DNA of 64,000 bases from Escherichia phage vB_EcoM_FB. Positions 1 through 9,126 of the stretch are shown piece by piece. The translations under genes and the position numbers were made by a program. The stretch lies in sequence record MT682711.1; one strand, 5' to 3'. Below the pieces are notes generated by a model. That model did not search any database and was not told the origin of the DNA. It was given only the letters and a program-made list of their open reading frames with translations. Within the stretch, counting starts at the first letter, position 1; each line of letters starts with the position of its first letter.

Positions 1-264
1 TGCAATCTTAACTCGGCGGTTGATGATATCACGGAAGTCAATACGATTTTCTTGGATTTTCAGCCAGTTACCAGATTTGTCTTTGGTATGGGTAGAGTAT
101 TCACCGTTCCACCAGAAGTCGGTAGCATAAGCCATGGCTTCGTATTTCTTAACTAAGGCATTCACTGCATTACCATTAGGATTGTTACCGAATTTTTCTA
201 CCAGAGCTTTGATGTCTTTATCAAGAGCGGAAAGAGTAGTACGAATAAAGTTTAACTTGTTCAT
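1..264 (-). CDS. hypothetical protein, N-terminal 88 codons only (ORF runs off left edge)
   Basis: ATG at 264..262 with GAGGAG SD; frame open to position 1; no family recognised. Confidence 0.45.
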   Translation of the reverse strand, partial: MNKLNFIRTTLSALDKDIKALVEKFGNNPNGNAVNALVKKYEAMAYATDFWWNGEYSTHTKDKSGNWLKIQENRIDFRDIINRRVKIA

Positions 265-290
265 TTTTAATCTCCTCATGTTTTGATAGG

Positions 291-323
291 TCTATAGTAA
301 CATGTGAGAATCTTGCTGTAAAC
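291..323 (-). promoter_or_regulatory. T4-type early promoter (GTTTACA, ~17 nt spacer, TACTAT) for the edge ORF
   Basis: RC reads GTTTACA...TACTATAGA then GAGGAG-ATG; same module recurs across the window. Confidence 0.5.
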
Positions 324-329
324 AACTTT

Positions 330-337
330 TATAAATA
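330..337 (+). promoter_or_regulatory. late promoter TATAAATA upstream of gene 24
   Basis: exact TATAAATA about 30 nt before the ATG at 366. Confidence 0.6.
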
Positions 338-365
338 AACATATACCCTCAATAAGGAAAGCGCA

Positions 366-1649
366 ATGGCAAAGATTAACGAATTACTGCGCGAGTCAAC
401 AACTACTTCCAGCAACTCATTGGGTCGCCCTAATCTTGTTGCTTTGACCCGTGCTACAACCAAATTGATTTACCGTGATATTATCGCCGAACAACGTACT
501 AGCCAGCCTATTGCTGCACTGTATGGTGTCAAATATCTTACCCCTGATAATGAATTTAGTTTCCAGACAGGTGCCTCTTATGGTGGTGAAGTTGGTTCTA
601 AAGACCGTGAAACTATCCCAGAACTCACAGATAAGGCCCAGGCGATTGCTCAGGGTGAATATTTCAAGTACCAGAATGTGGTTTATAAGGCTCTTAAAGC
701 AAGCCCACTCGCGTCCACTAGCGCCACAGAATTGGCTGATGCTCTTCAAGAAGGTTTAGTGTCATTAACATGTCGTCTGGTTCCTGATGCTGCCCATACC
801 ACTAAATTTGAAGCGAGTGATGTAGAAATCTCTGATGCTGTATTCCAGGTTAATAAATGGAATGCTCCGGTTAAGACCCGTAAATTGAAGACGGCTTTGA
901 CTGTAGAATTAGCGCAGGATATGGAATCAAATGGCTTTGACGCGCCGGCGTTCTTAGAAGACCTCTTGGCTACAGTAATGGCAGATGAAATTAATAAAGA
1001 CGTTCTGCAATCTCTAATAACCGTATCCAAACGTTATAAAGTTACTGGTGTATCTGATAACGGCATCATCGATTTGTCTTATGACAGTGCTCCTGAATCT
1101 GCACGTAAACTTTATGAACTCGTTTGTGAGATGAATTCTGAAATCCAGAAAACTACTTCTTATTCTGGCACGTTTGTTGTGGCTTCAAGTCGTGTGGCTG
1201 CAATGCTTGCAGGTTCTGGCTGGTTAAAACATAAACCCGAAGATAATAATTGGCTTCCGGAAACTGCATACGGATATTTGTTGAATGGTCTGCCTCTGTT
1301 TTGTGACGTTAACAGTCCATTAGATTATGTTACCGTTGGTGTTAAAGAGAATTACGGCGGTAATGAAGTTGTCGGTTCTATTTTCTACGCTCCCTATACC
1401 GAAGGCTTAGATTTAGATGACCAAGAACACGTCGGTGCTTATAAGGTTATTGTTGACCCGGATTCATTACAACCTTCTATTTCTCTGATGGTTCGTTATG
1501 CACTATCAGCTAACCCGTACACCGTGGCTAAAGACGATAAAGAAGCTCGTGTTATCGATGCAACCAATATGGATTTAATGGCTGGACAGAGCAATATGTC
1601 TTATCTGGTTGGCGTTAAACTTCCGGCAATTATTTACGAGGCTGATTAA
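366..1649 (+). CDS. 24: head vertex protein gp24
   Basis: 427 aa; N-terminus MAKINELLRESTTT and the RKLKT-LTVELAQD block match recalled T4 gp24/gp23 fold; AAGGAAAG SD. Confidence 0.9.
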   Translation: MAKINELLRESTTTSSNSLGRPNLVALTRATTKLIYRDIIAEQRTSQPIAALYGVKYLTPDNEFSFQTGASYGGEVGSKDRETIPELTDKAQAIAQGEYFKYQNVVYKALKASPLASTSATELADALQEGLVSLTCRLVPDAAHTTKFEASDVEISDAVFQVNKWNAPVKTRKLKTALTVELAQDMESNGFDAPAFLEDLLATVMADEINKDVLQSLITVSKRYKVTGVSDNGIIDLSYDSAPESARKLYELVCEMNSEIQKTTSYSGTFVVASSRVAAMLAGSGWLKHKPEDNNWLPETAYGYLLNGLPLFCDVNSPLDYVTVGVKENYGGNEVVGSIFYAPYTEGLDLDDQEHVGAYKVIVDPDSLQPSISLMVRYALSANPYTVAKDDKEARVIDATNMDLMAGQSNMSYLVGVKLPAIIYEAD

Positions 1650-2929
1650 TGTCTAAGATTGTAGACCTAATTAAAGAATCCACATTGACGGCTGCCAGCT
1701 CGGTTGGCCGTCCTGCTCTTCTTTCATACACCCAAGCAACTAATAAACGAATCTTTAAAGCCCTAGTTGCTGAACAAAAAACAAATCAACCGGTTGCTGC
1801 TCTGTATGGGGTACGTGTACTGAATCCTGACGACAAAATGACTTATCTTGGTGGAGCAACATTTGCGGGCCAGATTGGTATGACGGAACGTGAAAATATT
1901 CCAGAATTTACTGATTCATCTACAGCTTATGCGGTCGGTGATATGTTCCAGTTTGAAAGCGTAGTGTTTAAAGTTCTAGAAGCATCTCCTTTCGCCGGAA
2001 CCACAGAAACCAACCTCAGCGAAGTTATTTCTGAAGCAGTGGCAGCCGGCCATATCCGTATGGTGTCGGATGCTGCTATTACTTCTAAATTTGAACAAGG
2101 CCATCCTGAAATTGCTGAAACCGGATTCCGTATCGACAAATGGCAATCTGAAGTTAAATCACGTAAACTGAAAACTTCATTGACAGTCGAATTAGCCCAA
2201 GACCTAGAATCTAACGGGTTTAATGCTCCTAATTTCGTTGAAAATCTGCTAGGCATTCAAATGGCAGAAGAAATTAATAAGGATGTATTACAGTCATTAA
2301 TTACCGTGAGCTCTCGTTTTAAAGTCCAGGGTGTTTCTGAAAAGGGTGTATTAGACCTTACCAACCCTCGCTACGATAATGCCCAGGACCGTGCTCGCAC
2401 ATTATATTATTATATGTGTGAGATGAACTCTGCCGTCCAACGACAGACTTCTTTTGCCGGGACTTATGCAGTAGCTAGTTCTCGTTGTGCTGCTATTCTC
2501 GCCGCCTCTGGTTGGGTTGAGAAAAAGGAAGACCAGGACGAATTGGCTTATGGTATATTAAAGAATGGCCTACCACTTTATGCTGATATGAATAGTCTAT
2601 GTGATTATGTTATTGTTGGTGTAAATGCCCAGATGGGTGAAGGACAGACGGTCGCATCTTTATATTATGCGCCTTATACGGAAGGTTTGAATGTGGTTGA
2701 CGAAGAAGGTGATACTTCAGTTGGTGAATTTAAGGTTATTGTTGACCCGGAAAGCTTACAACCTACAGTAGCATTGCTTGCTCGTTATGCATTGACTGCA
2801 AACCCTTATACCGTCGCTAAGGACGATAAAGAAGCCCGCATTATTGATGGTTCTGATATGGACAAAATGGCTAATCAAAGTCAATTGAGTTCTTATCTCG
2901 GCGTAAAATTACCGCCTTTAGAAAAATAA
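1649..2929 (+). CDS. gp24-like paralog (second vertex/capsid-family protein)
   Basis: 426 aa, roughly half identical to the preceding ORF along its length (SRKLKTSLTVELAQDLESNGF); start overlaps upstream stop (TAATG). Confidence 0.85.
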   Translation: MSKIVDLIKESTLTAASSVGRPALLSYTQATNKRIFKALVAEQKTNQPVAALYGVRVLNPDDKMTYLGGATFAGQIGMTERENIPEFTDSSTAYAVGDMFQFESVVFKVLEASPFAGTTETNLSEVISEAVAAGHIRMVSDAAITSKFEQGHPEIAETGFRIDKWQSEVKSRKLKTSLTVELAQDLESNGFNAPNFVENLLGIQMAEEINKDVLQSLITVSSRFKVQGVSEKGVLDLTNPRYDNAQDRARTLYYYMCEMNSAVQRQTSFAGTYAVASSRCAAILAASGWVEKKEDQDELAYGILKNGLPLYADMNSLCDYVIVGVNAQMGEGQTVASLYYAPYTEGLNVVDEEGDTSVGEFKVIVDPESLQPTVALLARYALTANPYTVAKDDKEARIIDGSDMDKMANQSQLSSYLGVKLPPLEK

Positions 2930-2930
2930 A

Positions 2931-2948
2931 AGGGACCTTACGGTCCCT
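2931..2948. terminator. bidirectional hairpin between gp24 paralog (+) and rnlB (-)
   Basis: AGGGACC-ttac-GGTCCCT flanked by A and T runs. Confidence 0.6.
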
Positions 2949-2955
2949 TTATCGT

Positions 2956-3963
2956 TTATTTGGATACTAGTTCAACCCATACATGTCTTAATGTTTCTTT
3001 TACGCACTCAACGAGCTGCTTTTTAACTTCAACGGGATTTTCCGCATCAGTTAATTCCAATTCTTCACGGGCGGCTTCTTCAAGGATATCCTGGACTGTC
3101 AAGCCCATCACCTTTCCGAAATCCTTCGGCGATACTTCGCCAATCTTACTGATGACATTGTTAATGCGGTTAACAGTCACATAATCGGTGAATTGCCACA
3201 TCAAATCCATATCGTCTTGGGACAATACCACTGCAACTTTAATAGGCTTATCAGACTTTTTCTTCTCGCTGAATTTAGAGTTCTTACATTTAATCGCCAC
3301 ACGATTTCCGTTTGGAAGCCAGGTAGGAACATCAGGTTTCAATACAAAGCCTTCAGCCGTGAATACCTTACCTTCTACCTTAGGAATAAAATCGGTTGAG
3401 TTTGCAATAGTTAAGCCTGCGTTATCCACTGCAAAATTATAATCAGGAACAACTGAATCAAAATCATTAGGAAGTTTAATAAGGTCTTCAAAGCTACCAG
3501 TGGCCAGACATGGAGCTACCTTAAACTTATGGATAATACAGAAGGCTTCCATCAATGTATCGGTTAGAACAGATTCTGAGCCATCTTCTTTAGTAACTCG
3601 GATATCGAACACATAAAAGTCTTTATCGCCGTAGTCCACATTCTTCTGGATGCCTGTCCCAGCGAATTCGCCATAAATCTGGTATGACTGATAATTAATC
3701 GATTCAATTAGATGTTGAACTGATTTAATAGAATCAGCGTAGTTCTTAAGTACAATTTCATAACCATAGAAATCTTCAGCAGGGAGGATAGGGCCAGTGC
3801 GCTTGGCGCATGTGACTGCGTCACGTTCTATGATTAAACTAAAGTTGGTTCCATGAATCTTCTCACGTGCTACCCATTCACCACCAGTCAAACCGTTAGT
3901 ACGGAGTTTTTCGATAAACTTACTGTTGTAGTGGTTTTCGAGACTGCTATATTTCTTGAACAT
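2956..3963 (-). CDS. rnlB: RNA ligase 2
   Basis: 335 aa; [20 protein letters not shown] and [10 protein letters not shown] (KxHGxN adenylation motif) as in T4 Rnl2. Confidence 0.95.
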   Translation of the reverse strand: MFKKYSSLENHYNSKFIEKLRTNGLTGGEWVAREKIHGTNFSLIIERDAVTCAKRTGPILPAEDFYGYEIVLKNYADSIKSVQHLIESINYQSYQIYGEFAGTGIQKNVDYGDKDFYVFDIRVTKEDGSESVLTDTLMEAFCIIHKFKVAPCLATGSFEDLIKLPNDFDSVVPDYNFAVDNAGLTIANSTDFIPKVEGKVFTAEGFVLKPDVPTWLPNGNRVAIKCKNSKFSEKKKSDKPIKVAVVLSQDDMDLMWQFTDYVTVNRINNVISKIGEVSPKDFGKVMGLTVQDILEEAAREELELTDAENPVEVKKQLVECVKETLRHVWVELVSK

Positions 3964-4049
3964 AAATCACCATAATAAATATAATTAAATAGAAGAGCTA
4001 GTAGTCTTCTGTCACCAAGCCAAATGGGTTAACGGAAGGACCTAGACCC

Positions 4050-4075
4050 ATTATATCACACCTAAATTTAAAGCA
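4050..4075 (-). promoter_or_regulatory. putative middle promoter (MotA box TGCTTTA, 13 nt, TATAAT) for rnlB
   Basis: RC reads aTGCTTTAaatttaggtgtgaTATAAT. Confidence 0.4.
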
Positions 4076-4077
4076 TA

Positions 4078-4287
4078 TTACTTTGAACTAGAACGCGCTT
4101 TGCGCCGAACCTTGTTGTTCAATCTTTTACGATAAACAACCTTTTCTTTCGCTTTAAATTTGGCCTTGGCTTGTTCTACATCAACCCATGCTTTGGCCAT
4201 GTCCTTAGCGGTCCCGCCCATTTTTTTAGCAATTTCTATAAAATTCAACCCAGATTCGTGTAAAAAATGTACTTTAACCTTATCCAT
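4078..4287 (-). CDS. hypothetical small basic protein (24.x position)
   Basis: start re-set to ATG at 4287 (MDKVKVHF...), downstream of the promoter -10; lysine/arginine-rich C-terminus. Confidence 0.5.
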   Translation of the reverse strand: MDKVKVHFLHESGLNFIEIAKKMGGTAKDMAKAWVDVEQAKAKFKAKEKVVYRKRLNNKVRRKARSSSK

Positions 4288-4316
4288 AACAATTCTCTCG
4301 TTGAGTTGGTAAACCC

Positions 4317-4347
4317 ATCTTAACATAGAATTTTTAACTTGTAAACA
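4317..4347 (-). promoter_or_regulatory. early-type promoter (GTTTAC ... TAAGAT)
   Basis: -35 GTTTAC and -10 TAAGAT on the minus strand upstream of ATG 4287. Confidence 0.4.
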
Positions 4348-4370
4348 GGAATTTTGTACTTTAATGCAAA

Positions 4371-4388
4371 ATGGGCCTTGCGGCCCAT
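4371..4388. terminator. hairpin downstream of hoc
   Basis: ATGGGCC-ttgc-GGCCCAT perfect 7 bp stem. Confidence 0.5.
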
Positions 4389-4390
4389 TA

Positions 4391-5239
4391 TTAATAAATG
4401 TAATCGTATATAATACCAGCTTCTAAAGCGGTGCGATGAATAATTCGACCGTTACGAGATTCTTGTACATCAACCTCTGAATAGTCGGTAATCATTTTTT
4501 GAAGTGTATATCGGTGCAAATAATACGGGCTATCCGGGTCATCTGTTTTCCAGTCTTTGCCTTCAAGAGTCATTTTCTGGATTTCATCCATAACCCACCA
4601 ACCAACCCAAATATATGCTGAATTACGAACAGGGAGTGGATGAACGTAAGGTAATTCGCCATCCGGAACCGGTGCGACTTTAGCCGTGACTGTTACATTA
4701 CCGGTTTTTGTGACAGTCGCCGGGTTATAATCAGTCGCCGAAACCGCAACAGAAACTTCAATAACCTGTGAACCTTCAGTGCTTGTATCGATTGCTAGAG
4801 TATCCGTGGTGCCAACTACAGGAGAACCGTCTTTCTTCCAAGAATAGGCAAAAGTAGCACCAGCAGGAGCGCCGACCACATCCGCTTTAAAAGAAGCTGG
4901 AGTGCCTTCCGGAACATTAATCGAAGCTGGGGTTAATGTCACAGAAACACCGGAAATGGTTTTATTCTGGATAGTTAAAGTTGTTTCGGCTTCAGCTGTT
5001 TCTGGTTCGCCGTCCGCCGGTGTAGTTGTTGCAACAACTTTAATAGTCTTGCTGCCTGCCGGGCCAACAGCAACATAATCCATTGCAGCAGTCACAGAAG
5101 ATTGAGGAACGCCATCAACGGTCCAGACAAATGATTCGGTACCTTCAGCTGCAGCACCGGAACCGGTCGCAGTGAAATTGGTTGTTGCTCCAATAACGGC
5201 CGTAGCCGCCAAAGGAGCCATATCTACGGTATAAGCCAT
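4391..5239 (-). CDS. hoc: Hoc outer capsid protein (Ig-like repeats plus capsid-binding C-terminus)
   Basis: 282 aa; C-terminal GELPYVHPLP...WVMDEIQKMT...YYLHRYTLQKM as recalled for T4 Hoc; Thr/Val-rich Ig-like repeats. Confidence 0.85.
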   Translation of the reverse strand: MAYTVDMAPLAATAVIGATTNFTATGSGAAAEGTESFVWTVDGVPQSSVTAAMDYVAVGPAGSKTIKVVATTTPADGEPETAEAETTLTIQNKTISGVSVTLTPASINVPEGTPASFKADVVGAPAGATFAYSWKKDGSPVVGTTDTLAIDTSTEGSQVIEVSVAVSATDYNPATVTKTGNVTVTAKVAPVPDGELPYVHPLPVRNSAYIWVGWWVMDEIQKMTLEGKDWKTDDPDSPYYLHRYTLQKMITDYSEVDVQESRNGRIIHRTALEAGIIYDYIY

Positions 5240-5248
5240 AATAAACCC

Positions 5249-5920
5249 TTATTTTAAAGTGACAAAAGATGAGTTACGAGTTTCACGTACTAATACTGAA
5301 CCATTACGATTAATGTAATAAATCAGACTAAATAATGTTTGGTGGGCAGAAGGATGTTGGAAAGCAGTTGGACGTTCTTTCCAATCCGGAGTCTCAGAAA
5401 TCCATTGGTAAATCCACCAAGGAACGGTGCAATAACCTGGGTTCTTACCGATAAGCAAAAGATTAGGACTGAAGTTTTCAGGTAAAGAGAATACAGGTTT
5501 TTCAGATTCAACAACCTTGGCTATAGCCCCTTTGAATTTCTCTTCGTCAAATGGAACATCCTCTTCGATAATCTCTACCTTAGGAAGTTCGGCTACCTCA
5601 ACGACTTCTACTGCAGCCTCAGGGGCATCGAACAACAGGGTGGCTTCTTCTTTAGCTGGTTCAGCACCATCAACAAATTCGTTAGCACCTGTAAGTTCGT
5701 CGGCAGCATCAATCAAATCAGAAATGGACAACCCTTCGGTTTCTGGAAGTGGTTCGTCAGCCAAGGCTTTAAAGCCTTCAGAGATATCGATAATCAAATT
5801 ATCAAACGAACGGGTTTTCTTAAGTTTTAAACCGAACTGTTCGCCGTATTCGATTAACTTAGCTTTAGCTTCTTTTTTATCTTCGAGTGCACGAAGCTCT
5901 TCAATATATTGAGTATCCAT
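5249..5920 (-). CDS. inh: Inh, inhibitor of prohead protease
   Basis: 223 aa; position between hoc and uvsW; acidic middle region; recalled T4 Inh similarity. Confidence 0.75.
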   Translation of the reverse strand: MDTQYIEELRALEDKKEAKAKLIEYGEQFGLKLKKTRSFDNLIIDISEGFKALADEPLPETEGLSISDLIDAADELTGANEFVDGAEPAKEEATLLFDAPEAAVEVVEVAELPKVEIIEEDVPFDEEKFKGAIAKVVESEKPVFSLPENFSPNLLLIGKNPGYCTVPWWIYQWISETPDWKERPTAFQHPSAHQTLFSLIYYINRNGSVLVRETRNSSFVTLK

Positions 5921-5939
5921 AATTAGTCTCTTGTTGGTG

Positions 5940-5947
5940 TATAAATA
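5940..5947 (+). promoter_or_regulatory. late promoter TATAAATA for uvsW
   Basis: exact TATAAATA 29 nt before ATG 5976. Confidence 0.55.
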
Positions 5948-5953
5948 TAACTA

Positions 5954-5961
5954 TATTTATA
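5954..5961 (-). promoter_or_regulatory. late promoter (TATAAATA on minus strand) for inh-hoc
   Basis: plus strand TATTTATA; divergent from the uvsW late promoter 7 nt away. Confidence 0.5.
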
Positions 5962-5975
5962 ACTGAGAATTACTT

Positions 5976-7472
5976 ATGCAAATTCAAGTACATTTTGATA
6001 ATTTTAGTCATGTCCGTATTGAATGCGATGAATCTACATTCTACGAACTCAGAGACTATTTTAGCTTTGAAGCTGATGGATATAAATTCAACCCTAAATT
6101 TCGTTATGGCCAATGGGACGGACGTATTCGCCTTCTGGATTACAACCGTAAACTTCCTTATGGATTGGTCCCTCAAATTAAAAAGTTCGCTGAACAATTT
6201 GAATACTCTCTGTGGATTGACCCACGTATTCTTGAACAGGAAGATATTTCTCGTGAAGATTTTGATTCATGGGTGGCTTCTCAAGAAATTTATTCAGGGT
6301 CTACCAAGATTGAGCCTCATTGGTATCAGAATGAAGCCGTATACAACGGCCTGACAAAACGTCGCGCAATTCTGAATTTACCTACATCTGCAGGTAAATC
6401 ATTAATCCAGGCACTCCTGAGTCGATATTACGTTGAGAACTATGAAGGTAAAATCCTCATCTTAGTTCCTACTACTGCACTTGTCGACCAGATGATTAAC
6501 GACTTCATCGATTATCGTCTGTTCCCTAAAGCCGCAATGCTTGGTATTCGTTCAGGTACTGCTCGTGATTCCGATGCAATGATTTATGTTTCAACTTATC
6601 AAACCGCTATCAAGCAACCTAAAGAATGGTTTGCTCAGTTCGGTATGTTTATGAACGACGAATGCCATTTGGCTACAGGTAAATCTATTTCTACTATCAT
6701 CGAAGGCCTAACCAACTGTATGTTTAAATTCGGTTTGTCGGGTTCTTTAAAAGATGGTAAAGCTAATTTAATGCAATATATGGGCCTGTTTGGTGATGTG
6801 TTTAAGCCAGTATCCACCTCCCAATTAATGGAAGAAGGACAGGTTACTGACCTTAAAATCAACAGTATTTTCCTTCGATACCCTGATGAATTCACCGTTA
6901 AGATGAAAGGTAAAGATTACCAATCAGAAATTAAAGTCATTACTAAGGCTACCCGTCGTAATAAATGGGTTGCTAATTTAGCTGTTAAGCTCGCTAAGAA
7001 AGAAGAGAACGTATTCTTGATGTTTAAAAACATCGAGCACGGTAAAACTCTTTTTGAAATGGTCAAAGAGCAGCATAAAGAAGTTTATTACGTATCAGGC
7101 GAAGTTAATACAGAAACTCGTAATGCTCTTAAGTTAATGGCGGAAAACGGTAAGGGTATTATTGTTGTGGCAAGTTATGGGGTATTTTCTACAGGTATTT
7201 CTGTTAAGAATCTCCATCACGTAGTATTTGCCCATCCTGTAAAATCTAAAATTATTGTGCTGCAAACCATCGGTCGTGTACTTCGTAAACATGCATCCAA
7301 GACCACCGCGCAGGTTTGGGATATTATAGACGACATGGGCGTTAAGCCTAAATCAGCAAATGCCAAAAAGAAGTATGTTCATTTGAATTATGCATTAAAA
7401 CATGCCTTAGAACGTATTCAACGTTATGCTGACGAAAAATTTAATTACGTAATGAAACAGGTGGATTTATGA
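5976..7472 (+). CDS. uvsW: UvsW RNA-DNA/DNA helicase
   Basis: 498 aa; LPTSAGKS Walker A, DECH box; N-terminus VHFDNFSHVRIECDESTF as in T4 UvsW. Confidence 0.95.
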   Translation: MQIQVHFDNFSHVRIECDESTFYELRDYFSFEADGYKFNPKFRYGQWDGRIRLLDYNRKLPYGLVPQIKKFAEQFEYSLWIDPRILEQEDISREDFDSWVASQEIYSGSTKIEPHWYQNEAVYNGLTKRRAILNLPTSAGKSLIQALLSRYYVENYEGKILILVPTTALVDQMINDFIDYRLFPKAAMLGIRSGTARDSDAMIYVSTYQTAIKQPKEWFAQFGMFMNDECHLATGKSISTIIEGLTNCMFKFGLSGSLKDGKANLMQYMGLFGDVFKPVSTSQLMEEGQVTDLKINSIFLRYPDEFTVKMKGKDYQSEIKVITKATRRNKWVANLAVKLAKKEENVFLMFKNIEHGKTLFEMVKEQHKEVYYVSGEVNTETRNALKLMAENGKGIIVVASYGVFSTGISVKNLHHVVFAHPVKSKIIVLQTIGRVLRKHASKTTAQVWDIIDDMGVKPKSANAKKKYVHLNYALKHALERIQRYADEKFNYVMKQVDL

Positions 7473-7696
7473 AGTCCTTTAAAGAAGTTATCTATGAAGC
7501 CTCTATCGAGAGCTTCATGTCTAAAATTAGTTCTTGTCAAACCATGGACGGTTTGGAGGAATTGGAGAAGTATTACAAAACCCGAAGTAAAGAAGCCGAA
7601 CTTCGTGATTCGGATGATATCAGTGTCCGTGATGCCCTAGCAGGTAAACGAACTGAATTAGAATCTATGGATGATGAAGAAGAGGAAGATTTCTAA
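7469..7696 (+). CDS. uvsW.1: UvsW.1 small acidic protein
   Basis: 75 aa; ATGA overlap with uvsW stop; acidic C-terminus DDEEEEDF. Confidence 0.75.
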   Translation: MKSFKEVIYEASIESFMSKISSCQTMDGLEELEKYYKTRSKEAELRDSDDISVRDALAGKRTELESMDDEEEEDF

Positions 7697-7704
7697 ACAA
7701 AAAA

Positions 7705-7726
7705 GGCCCAACCTTTCGGAAGGGCC
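7705..7726. terminator. bidirectional hairpin between uvsW.1 (+) and the uvsY-side genes (-)
   Basis: GGCCCaacc-tttc-ggaaGGGCC, imperfect stem, A-run upstream. Confidence 0.5.
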
Positions 7727-7755
7727 AATAACCATAAATGGCTATACACACTAGA

Positions 7756-7923
7756 CTAAAGTAGTAATTGGGTTTCGTTCAGCTGTTCTTCAGTGTTTTC
7801 CGTAACCGGCAAGCTTTGAACGTAATTATAGCATGAGCCCGGATGAACAGGACCTTTTTCTGTTTCAACAACCAATGCAGCATCGATTGGAGTTTTACAG
7901 ACAACGCAAATCTTATCTGACAT
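7756..7923 (-). CDS. small Cys-containing protein (uvsY.-2-like), 55 aa
   Basis: MSDKICVVCKTPIDAALVVETEKGPVHPGSCYNY...; below the ORF-track cutoff; AGGAGA SD. Confidence 0.6.
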   Translation of the reverse strand: MSDKICVVCKTPIDAALVVETEKGPVHPGSCYNYVQSLPVTENTEEQLNETQLLL

Positions 7924-7951
7924 GATTGTCTCCTTAGTTTATCTTACATAT

Positions 7952-8620
7952 CTATTTATTAACTAAATTCTTTTCAAATGTTTTAACCATATAGGCCACA
8001 TCTAAATCAGGAAATCCGTTCTCAACTATTATGTGTCGAAATTTCCTTCTTTTAGGCATTCCTTCCTTTATCCAAAGTTCATGAATTTCCTTTTCAAATT
8101 CCCATAATTTACTTCTCATTGAAGGCCTAGGCTGAGAATGTTTACCTATATGAGCTTCATTAGCCTCTTTAGTACGTTTTTTACCCGACTTAGCTAACGA
8201 CATAGCCTTTTTAGCTTCTTCTGTATGAGAATATGGATTTCTTTTATGGCCATCACTTATGGCTTTTTTGGTTAATTCAGACCTTGGGATGCCTCTTATT
8301 TTTGATGCGCCTTTTTCAACAGATTCAGGGGATTTGGATGTACAACTACCTCCTTCACCACCTGGCTTCATATTCATACAGCGAATACCTTTACCAAACT
8401 TATCCCAGGCCTCTTCTATCAAAAGCTCTTCGAATTCATAAGCAAGTTTTTCAGTATCGAAAAAGGTTCTATCGATTATTTCCATTCGGTACTTTAATCT
8501 TTTTGCATAATAGATGTAATTACCTGACCCTACATACTTATCAGATATTTTATCAGAAGAATGCTTGCCAAAATACAGCCTAGTTCCGTTAGGCGAGTAT
8601 ACTAAAGTTTGGTAACACAT
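7952..8620 (-). CDS. free-standing GIY-YIG-type homing endonuclease with NUMOD3-like repeats
   Basis: LVYSPNGTRLYFGKHSS...YVGSG fits GIY/YIG spacing; three S-x-E-x-K-x-S/G helix repeats; ATG at 8620 chosen (track start 8650 is TTG). Confidence 0.6.
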   Translation of the reverse strand: MCYQTLVYSPNGTRLYFGKHSSDKISDKYVGSGNYIYYAKRLKYRMEIIDRTFFDTEKLAYEFEELLIEEAWDKFGKGIRCMNMKPGGEGGSCTSKSPESVEKGASKIRGIPRSELTKKAISDGHKRNPYSHTEEAKKAMSLAKSGKKRTKEANEAHIGKHSQPRPSMRSKLWEFEKEIHELWIKEGMPKRRKFRHIIVENGFPDLDVAYMVKTFEKNLVNK

Positions 8621-8630
8621 GTGGTACTTT

Positions 8631-9068
8631 TTATTTTTCACCTGCTTCAAATTTCCTGAGCTCCAACATATTCTTTAATGAGAAACCTCTAGATTTGACC
8701 GCATCCAATGCCGAACTACAAAAGTCTTGTAATAAGGCCCAATACTGGATTGACGTATCGATTTTAATTACGCTTGAATCCGCCGCCATTACAGTCTTTA
8801 ATTCCGACTTCTCGTACTGGTCCATACAAACCTCATCACCAGGCTCTCCACGTCCCGTGTAGAAATCTAATCTCTTCTTAAGAGAGGTCTTTTTCTGGAT
8901 TTCTAATCGCATTATCTCTTTCTTACAATTCGTATATAGTCTTAGCCATTTGCTGTGCAGCAAAACGTTGTTCTGTACTTCATACTGTAAACGAGTCCCA
9001 TCAATCTTTAAATCTTCATCTAATGCATCTTGGAACGATTCTAATTTATATTCAATCTCTTTACTCAT
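8631..9068 (-). CDS. uvsY: UvsY recombination mediator
   Basis: start re-set to ATG 9068; TRLQYEVQNNVLLHSKWLRLY...DFCSSALDAVKSRGFSLKNMLELRKFEAG as in T4 UvsY. Confidence 0.9.
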   Translation of the reverse strand: MSKEIEYKLESFQDALDEDLKIDGTRLQYEVQNNVLLHSKWLRLYTNCKKEIMRLEIQKKTSLKKRLDFYTGRGEPGDEVCMDQYEKSELKTVMAADSSVIKIDTSIQYWALLQDFCSSALDAVKSRGFSLKNMLELRKFEAGEK

Positions 9069-9126
9069 AGCATGTTTCCTGTTGAATGACCGTAGGACCA
9101 TTATACACCATTCGTTTGTACAGCAA

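Noticed and set aside
417-1030. Short antisense/out-of-frame ORFs inside gene 24 (and similar ones in 34, 37, nrdA, alt)
   Set aside because: Embedded in long, confidently called genes with no start signals; treated as chance ORFs.
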